Assembly: GCA_965223325.1 (NCBI GenBank) | Contig: CBDCWI010000002.1 | Span: 704,001 to 768,000, forward strand | Direction: 5' to 3' | DNA length: 64,000 nt | From: Candidatus Multivoradales bacterium | GTDB lineage: Bacteria > Acidobacteriota > Thermoanaerobaculia > Multivoradales > Multivoraceae | Shown: positions 18,364 through 27,746 of the stretch, piece after piece | How positions within the stretch are numbered: the first letter of the stretch is position 1 | How the letters are laid out: every line of letters begins with the position of its first letter | The notes under the pieces: model-generated | Databases searched by the model: none | What the model saw: the letters and a program-made list of their open reading frames with translations, nothing else | What the model was told of the DNA's origin: nothing | Made by a program: the position numbers and the translations under genes

Positions 18364-20272
18364 ATACGCCGGGATAAACCGGCATGGAGAAAGGAATGAG
18401 AGAGTCCCACCCTCGAAGGGGTAGCGACCCAGAGGGTCCCCGAGTCATGCGCCGGCTCCCGCGAGGGTGCGGTGAAGCGTTGACAGGGGCACACACAGGC
18501 CGGGTATTGAGCCGCGAAATAAGAATTTGGGAGTGCCGACGCTGTCAAGCGAAGCGGAAGGCGAGACTCCGTAGCGCGCTATCGCGAGCTCTGCGGCGAC
18601 TCCCCGCGGTCGTAGACCCTGTGCATGTGTGGAATCTCCATGCGCGAGAACCGGGAGATCCGCGATCTGGCCAGTTGGGTATCTGGTCCGCATCGGGAAG
18701 GCTAGAGGCCGTAAGCCGATGACGCACGGATGGCGGAAGTCAGACAGGCCCGTAGTACCTGCGAAGTCGTCGAACAACGGTGGGAGACCAGCGGCGGAGG
18801 CGGTGGAGGGAAGGGGCCTGGCCAAGGGGAACACGGGCAAGCAAAACGCACCCCGGACACAGAGCCGGATGGAGAGTGCGAGCAATGCGCTGGGTCGTGT
18901 ACGAGAAGCCGCCCGCAGGGGCAAGGAAGTGAAGTTCACAGCGCTTCTTCACCACATCACGGTCGAGCGACTCCGGAGCGCATTTGACGTGTTGCACCGA
19001 GACGCAGCGGCAGGAGTGGACGGAGTGTCATGGAGCGAGTACGCAGAATCTTTGCTGAGCAATCTCGAGGACCTGCACTCTCGTGTCCACCGTGGGAGCT
19101 ACCGGGCGAGTGCGACTCGTCGCGTCTACATCGAGAAATCGGATGGGCGGTTCCGACCGCTTGGCATCGCCACGTTGGAGGACAAGATCCTTCAGCGCGC
19201 CGTCGTCTCGGTGTTGGATGCGATCTACGAGGAAGACTTTCTCGGGTACTCATACGGATTCAGGCGAGGCCGCAGCCAGCACGATGCTTTGGATGCGCTA
19301 TTCGTTGGAATCACAAAGCGGAAGGTGAACTGGGTGCTCGACGCAGACATTCGTGGGTTCTTCGATGCCCTGGACCACGAGTGGCTGGTGAAGTTTCTCG
19401 AGCACCGTATCGGAGACCGTAGGATCCTTCGCCTCATCCAGAAATGGCTGAGGTCCGGAGTGATGGAAGACGGTAAGTGGCACGCGAGCACGCGGGGGAC
19501 TCCTCAGGGGGCGACGATTTCGCCTCTCCTCGGGAACGTGTACCTGCACTACGTGCTCGATCTCTGGGTCCAGCAGTGGAGGAAACGCAACGCGCTTGGG
19601 GACATGATCTTCGTGCGCTACGCGGATGACTTCATCGTTGGATTTGAGAGGCAGGAGGAGGCAGAACGATTCCTCGAGGAACTGAACCTGCGACTCCGTG
19701 ACTTCTCGTTGGAGATCCAACCCGAGAAGACGCGCCTGCTGGAGTTTGGCCGCTTTGCGGCCTACAACCGACGCGCGCGAGGTCTCGGGCGGCCGGAGAC
19801 CTTCGAGTTTCTAGGCTTTACGCACTGCTGTGCGCAGTCTAGTCGAGGGAGGTTCTTGCTGAAGCGCATCACGAGCCGCCACCGAATCCGCAGGACACTG
19901 AAGGCTGTCGGTACGGCCCTTCTGGGACACCGACACTCGCCGCTACCAGAGCAAGGTCTCTGGCTGGGATCCGTGGTGCGAGGCTTCAATGCCTACTACG
20001 GCGTACCCGGCAACTCAGCGGCGTTGAACGCCTTTCGACAGGAGGTCATTCGGCACTGGATGCGCGCTCTGCGCCGACGCAGTGACAAAGACCGCACGTC
20101 CTGGAAACGGATGTGGGCCCTGGTGGCCCACTACCTACCCAAAGCCCGAGTCCAACATCCCTGGCCTGATGAGCGACTTGTCGTCAATACCTGAGGCAGG
20201 AGCCCAGTGCATTAGCAGTGCACGCTGGGATCTGTGCGGGGGGCGCCGGGCAACCGGCGCTCCTACCGCGAT
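18364..20272 (+). mobile_element. Group II intron (IIB, probably bacterial class E), full length
   Basis: Domain V GAGCCCAGTGC...GCACGCTGGGATC at 20200-20232. Domain VI with bulged A20265, 8 nt from the 3' AT end. EBS1 loop TCAAGCG (18545-18551) is complementary to exon CGCTTGG (18357-18363). RT ORF lies internally. Confidence 0.9.
18719..20194 (+). CDS. ltrA: Group II intron reverse transcriptase/maturase (no endonuclease domain)
   Basis: AAGVDG, RPLGIATLEDK, SYGFRRGRSQHDA, DADIRGFFD, GTPQGATISPLLGN, RYADD, FEFLGF, domain X (YYGVPGN). Ends without an HNH domain. Alternative start 18869. Confidence 0.95.
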   Translation: MTHGWRKSDRPVVPAKSSNNGGRPAAEAVEGRGLAKGNTGKQNAPRTQSRMESASNALGRVREAARRGKEVKFTALLHHITVERLRSAFDVLHRDAAAGVDGVSWSEYAESLLSNLEDLHSRVHRGSYRASATRRVYIEKSDGRFRPLGIATLEDKILQRAVVSVLDAIYEEDFLGYSYGFRRGRSQHDALDALFVGITKRKVNWVLDADIRGFFDALDHEWLVKFLEHRIGDRRILRLIQKWLRSGVMEDGKWHASTRGTPQGATISPLLGNVYLHYVLDLWVQQWRKRNALGDMIFVRYADDFIVGFERQEEAERFLEELNLRLRDFSLEIQPEKTRLLEFGRFAAYNRRARGLGRPETFEFLGFTHCCAQSSRGRFLLKRITSRHRIRRTLKAVGTALLGHRHSPLPEQGLWLGSVVRGFNAYYGVPGNSAALNAFRQEVIRHWMRALRRRSDKDRTSWKRMWALVAHYLPKARVQHPWPDERLVVNT

Positions 20273-20288
20273 CGCCGCAAAGGTGACG

Positions 20289-20326
20289 CTCGTAGGGCCC
20301 GTGGTAAGAAGCACGGGCCCTACGAG
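20289..20326. repeat. Perfect 15-bp hairpin (GTAG-type REP-like; may also terminate transcription)
   Basis: CTCGTAGGGCCCGTG-gtaagaag-CACGGGCCCTACGAG. Confidence 0.8.
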
Positions 20327-20491
20327 ACCTGAGTGAAACCTACTCAGGGAATATCCCGTATCAGGTGCGGGTTTTCTCAGTCCGTCGATGAAGATTCGCC
20401 GAAGTTGGCCTAGATTTGCTAGATTTCGGTTGCCGATACACCTTCCGTGGCCCTTCGAGGGGCGGAAGCAGCCCCTGGAAGGGAGCACACT

Positions 20492-22954
20492 TTGAGCGAA
20501 AACAAGAAGTTCACCATTCCCCTGGTTGCCCTTCGGCAGCTGGTCCTGCTGCCGGGAGTGACCCTGCCGGTCGTGGCAGGTCGTCCACGCACCCTGCGGG
20601 CAATCGACGCCGCGACGTCAGATTCCGACAACAACCCCGACCAGCTCATCTTTTGCGTGCTGCAGCGTGAAAACTCCGATGAGATCGATCCCGGCGCGCT
20701 GCACACCATCGGCACGCTCGCTCGCATCGACCAGATCCAGCGCGGTCTCGGTGGCGCACAACTCCTGGTCAGTGGCCTGAAGCGCGCCATCGCACTGCGC
20801 ATCGAAGACAAGGACGGTCACTACGAGGCCACCGTTACCGGGGCCGAGGAGATGATGCCGCAGGATGACAAGGACCTGGCCTTCGTCGCCTTGCACAAAG
20901 AGGCGCGTCAGCGGGCCAGTGAGCTCGGGCAGAAGACTGGCCTGCCGTCTGAGATCACCGAGCAGGTGCTCTCATCGGTCGATCATCCGGGACGCTTCGC
21001 CGACATGGTCGCGGGCTACCTCGATGTCGACGTCAGCGAACGACAGCGCATCCTCGAGACTCTCGATATCGAAGAGCGCCTGCGACGCATCCTGATGCTG
21101 ATCGGGCGCCAGCTGGGTGTCCTCGAAGCGCAGCAGGACATCAAGAGCGCCGTCCAGGAAGAGCTCGGTGACCGACAGCGCGAGATGTATCTGCGCGAGC
21201 AGCTCAAGGCGATTCAGCGCGAGCTCGGCGATGATGACGGCTCCGACGATGACCTAGAAGAGCTGCGTGAACGCCTCCAGGCTCTCGATCTCGAGCCGGC
21301 GGCGCGCAAGGAGGTCGACCGTGAGCTCGGCCGTCTCGGTCGCATGAACCGTGAATCGATGGAGACTCAGGTCATTCGTTCCTTCCTCGAGACGGTGGCC
21401 GAACTGCCATGGAACGAGCGCTCCGTGGATGCCCTCGACCTCCTCGCAGCGAGCGAGATCCTCGACGAAGATCACCACGGCCTCGACGACGTCAAGGATC
21501 GGGTGCTCGAGTTCATGGCGGTACGCCAAATGCGCCAACGTCGCGGCGCAGCAGAACAGGACACCGACAGCGAAAACGGCGCCCAAAGCCAGAAGCGCGC
21601 CGAAGGTCGCAGCCCGATCCTGCTCTTCTCGGGGCCTCCGGGAGTTGGCAAGACATCGCTGGCGCGCTCGATTGCACGCGCAATGGGCCGTGAGTACGTG
21701 CGCATTTCGCTCGGTGGTGTACGCGACGAAGCGGACATTCGTGGCCATCGGCGGACCTACGTTGGCGCGATGCCCGGGCGCATCATCAAGGGCATGAAGG
21801 AGGCGGGGACGCGCAATCCGGTCTTCCTGCTCGACGAAGTCGACAAGCTGGGTGCGTCCATGCACGGTGATCCGGCCGCCGGCCTGCTCGAGGTCCTCGA
21901 CCCAGCGCAGAACGACAGCTTTACCGACCACTACCTGGGTATCCCCTTCGATCTTTCCGAAGTGATGTTCATCGCGACCGCAAACTTCGTCCAGAACATC
22001 CCCGGACCGCTGCTCGATCGCATGGAAGCCATCGACTTCTCCGGCTACACCGAGGGCGAGAAGCTCGAGATCGCGCGCCGCTATCTGCTCCCGCGTCAGC
22101 TCGAAGAAGGTGGCCTGACCAGCGCGCAGCTCGAGGTCGGAGACGACGCTCTACAGGCAATCATCGCGCGCTACACCCGCGAGGCCGGCGTCAGGCAGCT
22201 CGAGCGCGAGCTCGGTCGAGTGGTGCGCAAGGTGGCCCGCAAGCTCTCGACCTCGGCACCGGAAACGTCGATCCGTCTCGATGCGGAAAGCCTCACCGAG
22301 TTGCTCGGTCGCGAGAAGGTCCACCCTGAGCGCGCCGCCGAAGCCAGCGCAGTCGGCATCGCAACCGGGATGTACTACACCCCGGTCGGGGGCGACATCA
22401 TGTTTGTCGAAGTTTCGACCATGTCGGGCAAAGGTGAGCTGGTGCTCACCGGGCAGCTCGGCGACGTGATGAAGGAGTCGGCGCGCGCCGCCTGGAGTTG
22501 GGCACGCGCAAATGCCGACCGTCTCGGGATTCCAGCCGAGCGCTTCGAAAGCGACGTGCACATCCACTGCCCCGCAGGAGCGATTCCCAAGGACGGTCCC
22601 TCCGCCGGCGTAACCATGGCCACCGCCCTGGTTTCCGCACTCAGCGGCCGCACTGCGCGTCATGACCTCGCCATGACCGGCGAGATCACGCTCTCGGGTC
22701 GAGTACTTCCGATTGGCGGCGTCAAAGAGAAGCTGCTGGGTGCTCTGCGCGCCGGAATCGACGAGGTCGTGATCCCGAAGGAGAACGAGAAGGATCTCGA
22801 CGACCTCAGCGACGACGTACGCAGTCGCCTGGAGATCACTCTCGCCGGCACCCTGGACGAGGTCCTCGACGCAGCGCTCAGCGGACCGGTCGACGCGCCT
22901 GTCCTGCATGAAGACCCGGCGGGTGGCGACGAACTGCCCGGCGAAGCGAACTGA
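20492..22954 (+). CDS. lon: ATP-dependent protease La (Lon)
   Basis: LON N-domain, [46 protein letters not shown] start after GGGAG. Confidence 0.96.
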   Translation: MSENKKFTIPLVALRQLVLLPGVTLPVVAGRPRTLRAIDAATSDSDNNPDQLIFCVLQRENSDEIDPGALHTIGTLARIDQIQRGLGGAQLLVSGLKRAIALRIEDKDGHYEATVTGAEEMMPQDDKDLAFVALHKEARQRASELGQKTGLPSEITEQVLSSVDHPGRFADMVAGYLDVDVSERQRILETLDIEERLRRILMLIGRQLGVLEAQQDIKSAVQEELGDRQREMYLREQLKAIQRELGDDDGSDDDLEELRERLQALDLEPAARKEVDRELGRLGRMNRESMETQVIRSFLETVAELPWNERSVDALDLLAASEILDEDHHGLDDVKDRVLEFMAVRQMRQRRGAAEQDTDSENGAQSQKRAEGRSPILLFSGPPGVGKTSLARSIARAMGREYVRISLGGVRDEADIRGHRRTYVGAMPGRIIKGMKEAGTRNPVFLLDEVDKLGASMHGDPAAGLLEVLDPAQNDSFTDHYLGIPFDLSEVMFIATANFVQNIPGPLLDRMEAIDFSGYTEGEKLEIARRYLLPRQLEEGGLTSAQLEVGDDALQAIIARYTREAGVRQLERELGRVVRKVARKLSTSAPETSIRLDAESLTELLGREKVHPERAAEASAVGIATGMYYTPVGGDIMFVEVSTMSGKGELVLTGQLGDVMKESARAAWSWARANADRLGIPAERFESDVHIHCPAGAIPKDGPSAGVTMATALVSALSGRTARHDLAMTGEITLSGRVLPIGGVKEKLLGALRAGIDEVVIPKENEKDLDDLSDDVRSRLEITLAGTLDEVLDAALSGPVDAPVLHEDPAGGDELPGEAN

Positions 22955-23024
22955 GCTGAGCTGGCTGGCTCCACGGCCAGCCTACTGAGAGACGAGGCTC
23001 CGGCGCACCCCGGAGCCTCGGCGC

Positions 23025-23462
23025 TTGACCCTGGCGCCCTGGGAGCCAGAGAATGCTGCGGTGAATCCCGACTCTGTCTCGCCCGTGGAGCACTCGACAG
23101 CAACAGTCTCGACGGCTGAGGATACGCTCGGCAAGAGCGGCTACGGCAACCTTCGCGACCTCGCCCTTCCGGTCCTGGTCTCGTCGTGTAGCAACATCGT
23201 GCTGGCGTGGCTCTACCTGCGTTCAGGCTGCCTAGGACTCGTCCTGACCGGTCCTATGGTCCTGCTCGCCGTCCAGGAGTTTCTGTACTTTGGGCACCTA
23301 CCCCGAGAGGGGTACGAAGAGTTGAAGCGGCGCGGTCGCCTGATCGGGCTGTTCGAGCTCGGGATCGGGGTCTTCAACCCCGTGGCGTTCGTTTGCGGCG
23401 TCCTGCTTCTACTCGCCCTGCGGCGGAGGGCTCGGTCAGCCCAGCCAGCGTCGGCAACCTAG
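23025..23462 (+). CDS. Hypothetical membrane protein
   Basis: Fills the gap after lon and has 3-4 hydrophobic segments. Start uncertain. Confidence 0.5.
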   Translation: MTLAPWEPENAAVNPDSVSPVEHSTATVSTAEDTLGKSGYGNLRDLALPVLVSSCSNIVLAWLYLRSGCLGLVLTGPMVLLAVQEFLYFGHLPREGYEELKRRGRLIGLFELGIGVFNPVAFVCGVLLLLALRRRARSAQPASAT

Positions 23463-23623
23463 TACCCCGTACCATTGGAACGGATAGTGGCTGAGTGGAT
23501 GATCGTGCTCGATATCAAGGCGTCACGACGCAGGCATATTGGTCTTCTGTCGAGGAGTGACAACGCAGAGATCGAGTGCGAGGAACGCTCAGACGCTGTG
23601 CGGTTCAATGGTACGGGGTACTA

Positions 23624-23783
23624 GTGCATCGTCCCCGAAGTTCGGGCACGACAGCGGAAGTCAGTTTCGTTCGTTGTCCAGGCGCCAGGAGGCAGGAATA
23701 CTGGGAATCTGTCGACGACCGGCAACGACGGCAGGGGGCGAAAGAGGCCGCGGGGTGGTGCGCGAACTTCGGAAACGATGCAC
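23624..23783. repeat. 29-bp imperfect inverted repeat pair with about 100-bp spacer (MITE/REPIN-like or structured RNA)
   Basis: GTGCATCGTCCCCGAAGTTCGGGCACGAC (23624-23652) vs the reverse complement of 23755-23783: 25 of 29 identical. Confidence 0.7.
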
Positions 23784-23830
23784 CAGACCCGGGCTGCTAG
23801 AGTCTCCTCGCGCAAGAGCGGCCTGGACCT

Positions 23831-26116
23831 ATGCAGCGGCCACCAGCTGAGAACGCTCGTCGCCATTCCCCCATGCTTCCCTCCGCTCTTCGATGGGCGC
23901 GTTCAGGTCTCGAGTTGACCTGCGCCGCCGCTACCACCCTCGGCCTGCTTGCCGCCTTGTGTTCACCCGTCTCCGCTGCCGGCCTCGGCAGCCGGCAGAG
24001 TCCAATGAGCGCGCCGCCGAGCATCGCCGCTCTGCACACAGAAGACGACCTGCGCGTCGACGGTGTCTTTGACGAAGCCGCCTGGAGCACCGCAATGGCC
24101 GGCGGTGGCTTTGTCCAGCACGATCCCTACGACGGTGTACCCGCCACCGAGGATACCGAGATCCGCGTGCTGTACACGTCCTCGACGCTCTACGTCGCGG
24201 TCATCGCCCACGACTCTAAGCCGGAAGCAATCACGGCGCGCGAAATGTCGCGCGACGGGGCACTGCGGCGCGACGACAGCATCATCCTTTTACTCGACAC
24301 GTTCCACGACGGCCGCAATGCCTACTTCTTCGAAACCAATCCCAACGGCGCCCGCGGTGATGCTCTGATCACTGACGAAGGTCGCGACGTGAACTTCGAG
24401 TGGGACGGCATCTGGGCGGTGGCATCACGCACCACTGCCACCGGCTGGCAGGCCGAGTTCGCGATTCCCTTCTCTACCCTGCGCTACGAACCCGGCCTCG
24501 AAACCTGGGGTCTCCAGGTGTCACGCCAGGTTCAGCGCTTGCGCGAGGAGAGCTTCTGGGCACCGGCGCCGCGCGAGGCCGACGTCTTCCGCATGTCACT
24601 GGCCGGAGACCTGACGGGTATCGACTTGCGCTCGCCCTCGCGACAGCTCGATGTCAAGCCGTACATCGTTGCCGCGGCTCGCCAGGACGAGGAAACGGAC
24701 ACCTCGAGCGAAGACGCCGATCTCGGCCTCGACATCAAATGGGGAATCACCCGAGGACTCACCCTCGATCTGACCTACAACACCGACTTCGCGGAGGTCG
24801 AAGTCGACGACCAGCGCGTCAACCTGACGCGTTTCTCCCTCTTCTTTCCCGAGAAGCGTGAGTTCTTCCTCGAGAACGCCGGCATCTTCGAGTTTGGCCA
24901 GCGCAGCGGTCGCCGGAGCTTTGGTTCACCACTGCTCAAGATCTTCTTCTCTCGCCGTATCGGTCTGGTCGACGGCGAACGGGTTCCCATCGAGTGGGGT
25001 ACCCGACTCACCGGCCGAATGGGCGAGTGGAGTCTCGGGGTACTGGACGTACAGACCGACAGTCTGGTGACCGAGGAGCTCGATATCTTCGGCGAAACCA
25101 ACTTCGGCGTCGTGCGAGTCAAGCGCAACCTCGGTGAGCGCTCGAGTATTGGTGCGATCTACACCCGTCGCTCCGAACGTGGCGCCGCAGACAACCAGGT
25201 CTACGGCATCGACGCCGACTGGAACCCCACCGATCGCATCAATGTCAACGGTTTCTTCGCCCAGAGCGACGACGACGACCTCCGCACCAGCGACGACACC
25301 GCGGTTGGTGCGAAGGCGAGCTTCGAGGGCCGTGAGCTCACTGCTGGGCTCGAGGTGCAACAGATCGAGGGTGACTTCAACCCCGAGGTGGGCTTTCTCT
25401 TGCGCGAAGACATCAGGCGCTACAAACCGCAGATCGAGTGGAACCCGCGGATCGAGAAAGCCGGCATCAGGTCCCTCTCTTTCGAGATCCAATCCGAGTA
25501 CGTCGAGAAGATCGACGGACCGCTCGAGTCTCACAACCTAGAACTCACATACTTCGGCGTACGCACCTTCAAGAACGACGGCTTCCGCCTGCGCATCGAG
25601 CGTGACGACGAGCGCCTCTTCGAAGAGTTCGAGATCTCGGACGGAGTCATCATTGCGCCCGGCCGCTACACGTCCGATCCGCGGTTCGGCATCTTCGGTT
25701 TCACCAGCGAGGCGCGGCTCTTTTCCATGCGCGGAGGCCTCGAGCGTGGTGGCTTCCTGAGCGGTGACCGCGACAGCGTGTTCCTGCGTCTCGCCGCCCG
25801 GCCTTCGAAGTTCTTCCGCGCCTCCACTGGCTACTCCTACAACATGGTGGATCTTCCAGAAGGCCAGTTCAGCACCCACGTCGTCAACCAACGGTTCGAC
25901 GTGTCGTTCACGCCCGACCTCTTGTGGAACAGTACCGTGCAGTGGAACGATGCGAACGACACGCTGGGAATCAACCTGCGCTTGAACTGGATCTATCGCC
26001 CAGGAGCCGACCTGTTCGTCGTCTACAACCAGACCTGGGACACCCCAGCCGGTGCCACCACCACAACGCGTGATCGCGCCTTCCTGGTGAAGTTCACCTA
26101 TCTGTTCCGCGGCTAG
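23831..26116 (+). CDS. CBM9-like / DUF5916 domain outer-membrane protein
   Basis: VDGVFDEAAW, DTFHDGRNAYFF, WQAEFAIPFSTLRY, NTDFAEVEVD, NLTRFSLFFPEKREFFLE, C-terminal KFTYLF. Confidence 0.85.
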   Translation: MQRPPAENARRHSPMLPSALRWARSGLELTCAAATTLGLLAALCSPVSAAGLGSRQSPMSAPPSIAALHTEDDLRVDGVFDEAAWSTAMAGGGFVQHDPYDGVPATEDTEIRVLYTSSTLYVAVIAHDSKPEAITAREMSRDGALRRDDSIILLLDTFHDGRNAYFFETNPNGARGDALITDEGRDVNFEWDGIWAVASRTTATGWQAEFAIPFSTLRYEPGLETWGLQVSRQVQRLREESFWAPAPREADVFRMSLAGDLTGIDLRSPSRQLDVKPYIVAAARQDEETDTSSEDADLGLDIKWGITRGLTLDLTYNTDFAEVEVDDQRVNLTRFSLFFPEKREFFLENAGIFEFGQRSGRRSFGSPLLKIFFSRRIGLVDGERVPIEWGTRLTGRMGEWSLGVLDVQTDSLVTEELDIFGETNFGVVRVKRNLGERSSIGAIYTRRSERGAADNQVYGIDADWNPTDRINVNGFFAQSDDDDLRTSDDTAVGAKASFEGRELTAGLEVQQIEGDFNPEVGFLLREDIRRYKPQIEWNPRIEKAGIRSLSFEIQSEYVEKIDGPLESHNLELTYFGVRTFKNDGFRLRIERDDERLFEEFEISDGVIIAPGRYTSDPRFGIFGFTSEARLFSMRGGLERGGFLSGDRDSVFLRLAARPSKFFRASTGYSYNMVDLPEGQFSTHVVNQRFDVSFTPDLLWNSTVQWNDANDTLGINLRLNWIYRPGADLFVVYNQTWDTPAGATTTTRDRAFLVKFTYLFRG

Positions 26117-26910
26117 CCACTCAGTACCGCGGAGAGAAAGGCGTCGCCGCCCTCGGTGTGTACGTTGTGGCCAACGCCCGCGAGCACCACCAGGCGCGCG
26201 TTCGGAAAGTAGCGGCGAGCCGCCGCAAAGCCCTCGTCGGTGATGTAGTCCGAGTCACCACCGGCGATGAACTGACATGGCCCCAGGTAGCGATCGTCAT
26301 CGTCGAGGGGGTTCTCGAAGATCGCCGCCGGTCTCTCTTTCAGAATCTCGAGTGGAATCGACCACCGGTAGCCGTCTCCCGAGCGCGCCAGGTTGGTGAG
26401 GAGAAACAGCCGCGTGGCACGGTCTGGAATCGCCTCCAGTAGCTGTTCCTCAGCATCGCTGCGGGTTCTGACCTTGGTCAGATCGACGGCCAGGAGAGCG
26501 TCGAGGATCTCGGTACCCACCACATAGTCCACCGGTGCAATGTCGAGCACCGAGAGGTCAGCGATGCGTTCCCCGACGTCAGAGGCCAGCCGCATGGCGG
26601 TTTTGCCACCCATCGAATGCCCAATCAGACGCACTCTTTCGAGGCCCGACCCATCGAGGTAGCGGAGCACGTCAGCAGCCATTGCCCGGTAGTCGTGTGG
26701 CCGGGCGTGCGGAGAGCGACCGTGGTTTCGCAGGTCGAGAACATGGACCGGACCGCCGGAAGCCAGCTTGCGCGCCACCGCAACCCAGCTCCGCGACGAG
26801 CCGTAGAGCCCGTGCAGCACGACGATGGGCAGGGCGTCGGCGGGCGCATCGGGCGCCGCCTCGAAGGTTCGCCCGACCAGCTCGACCGGAACGGAACCAG
26901 CCTCAGTCAC
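26113..26910 (-). CDS. Alpha/beta hydrolase (YbfF-like esterase)
   Basis: LHGLYGS, DLRNHGRSP, GHSMGGK, DIAP, GHNVH. GTGA overlap with the SDR stop. Confidence 0.88.
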   Translation of the reverse strand: MTEAGSVPVELVGRTFEAAPDAPADALPIVVLHGLYGSSRSWVAVARKLASGGPVHVLDLRNHGRSPHARPHDYRAMAADVLRYLDGSGLERVRLIGHSMGGKTAMRLASDVGERIADLSVLDIAPVDYVVGTEILDALLAVDLTKVRTRSDAEEQLLEAIPDRATRLFLLTNLARSGDGYRWSIPLEILKERPAAIFENPLDDDDRYLGPCQFIAGGDSDYITDEGFAAARRYFPNARLVVLAGVGHNVHTEGGDAFLSAVLSG

Positions 26911-27734
26911 TGGCTCATGTGCCAGCCGCCGTTGGGCGATAGCACCTGGCCGGTGACGAACCGGGCCTCTTCGGAGGCCAGATAGACGGCTGCCCAGGCG
27001 ATGTCGTCGGCGTCGCCGAAGCGGAGCATGGGCGTCTGGGCGGCGATCAGGGCGCGGGCGTCTTTGAGCACCCGAGTCATGTCGGTATCGATCCAGCCTG
27101 GCGCGATGGCATTGACCCGAATACCGCGGCTCGCCGTTTCGCGCGCCACCGCTCGGGTAAAGCCGAGAATCGCCGCCTTGGCTGCACAGTAGTGACTCGA
27201 CCCACTGCCGCCCGCCGTCCCCATGATCGAGCCGAGATTGATGACCGAACCACTGCCCGCCGGAGCCATCACCCGTAGCGCCGCCCGCGTGCAGTAGAAC
27301 GTCCCGTTGACATGCACATCGAACATGTGGAGCCACTCGTCGTCAGTGAGCTCGATCGTTCTGTCGTCATGGTCGGTGATGTGGCCCAGAGTGGCAACCT
27401 GCTCGGCACGCTGCATCATCGCCTGGAGCCGCTCCTCGACCCACCGCTCGCTCTTGTTCTCGAGACCGTTGATCCCGGCGTTGTTGACCAGAATGTCGAG
27501 GCCGTTCCAGTGAGACGCGGCTTCCTCGATCGCCCGGTCGACCCCCGCTCGATCGGTGACGTCGAGGGTTTGCGCCACTCCGTCGATCTCCTGGGCAACA
27601 CGCGCGGCACCCTCGCCGTCCCGGTCAGTGACCACGACCCGTGCACCCTCCTCGGCGAAGCGCCGGGCAATCGCCTCTCCCAGGCCGCGCGCGGCCCCCG
27701 TGATCAGGGCTGTCTTGCCGAACAGACGATCCAT
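26907..27734 (-). CDS. SDR family oxidoreductase (FabG-like)
   Basis: TGAARGLG, NNAG, YCAAK, NAIAPGWIDT. Confidence 0.92.
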   Translation of the reverse strand: MDRLFGKTALITGAARGLGEAIARRFAEEGARVVVTDRDGEGAARVAQEIDGVAQTLDVTDRAGVDRAIEEAASHWNGLDILVNNAGINGLENKSERWVEERLQAMMQRAEQVATLGHITDHDDRTIELTDDEWLHMFDVHVNGTFYCTRAALRVMAPAGSGSVINLGSIMGTAGGSGSSHYCAAKAAILGFTRAVARETASRGIRVNAIAPGWIDTDMTRVLKDARALIAAQTPMLRFGDADDIAWAAVYLASEEARFVTGQVLSPNGGWHMSQ

Positions 27735-27746
27735 CCTCTTCTTCTC

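Noticed and set aside
18629-20194. RT as a retron, DGR, CRISPR-RT or Abi defence RT
   Set aside because: Domain X, domains V/VI directly after the stop and EBS1-IBS1 pairing identify a group II intron. The nearby 69-bp repeats are non-coding and their differences are not confined to adenines, so they are not a TR/VR pair.
18355-20269. ACCGC as a transposon target-site duplication
   Set aside because: The right copy is the branch-A stem of domain VI, and EBS1 pairing assigns TTGG to the exon. Group II introns do not make TSDs.
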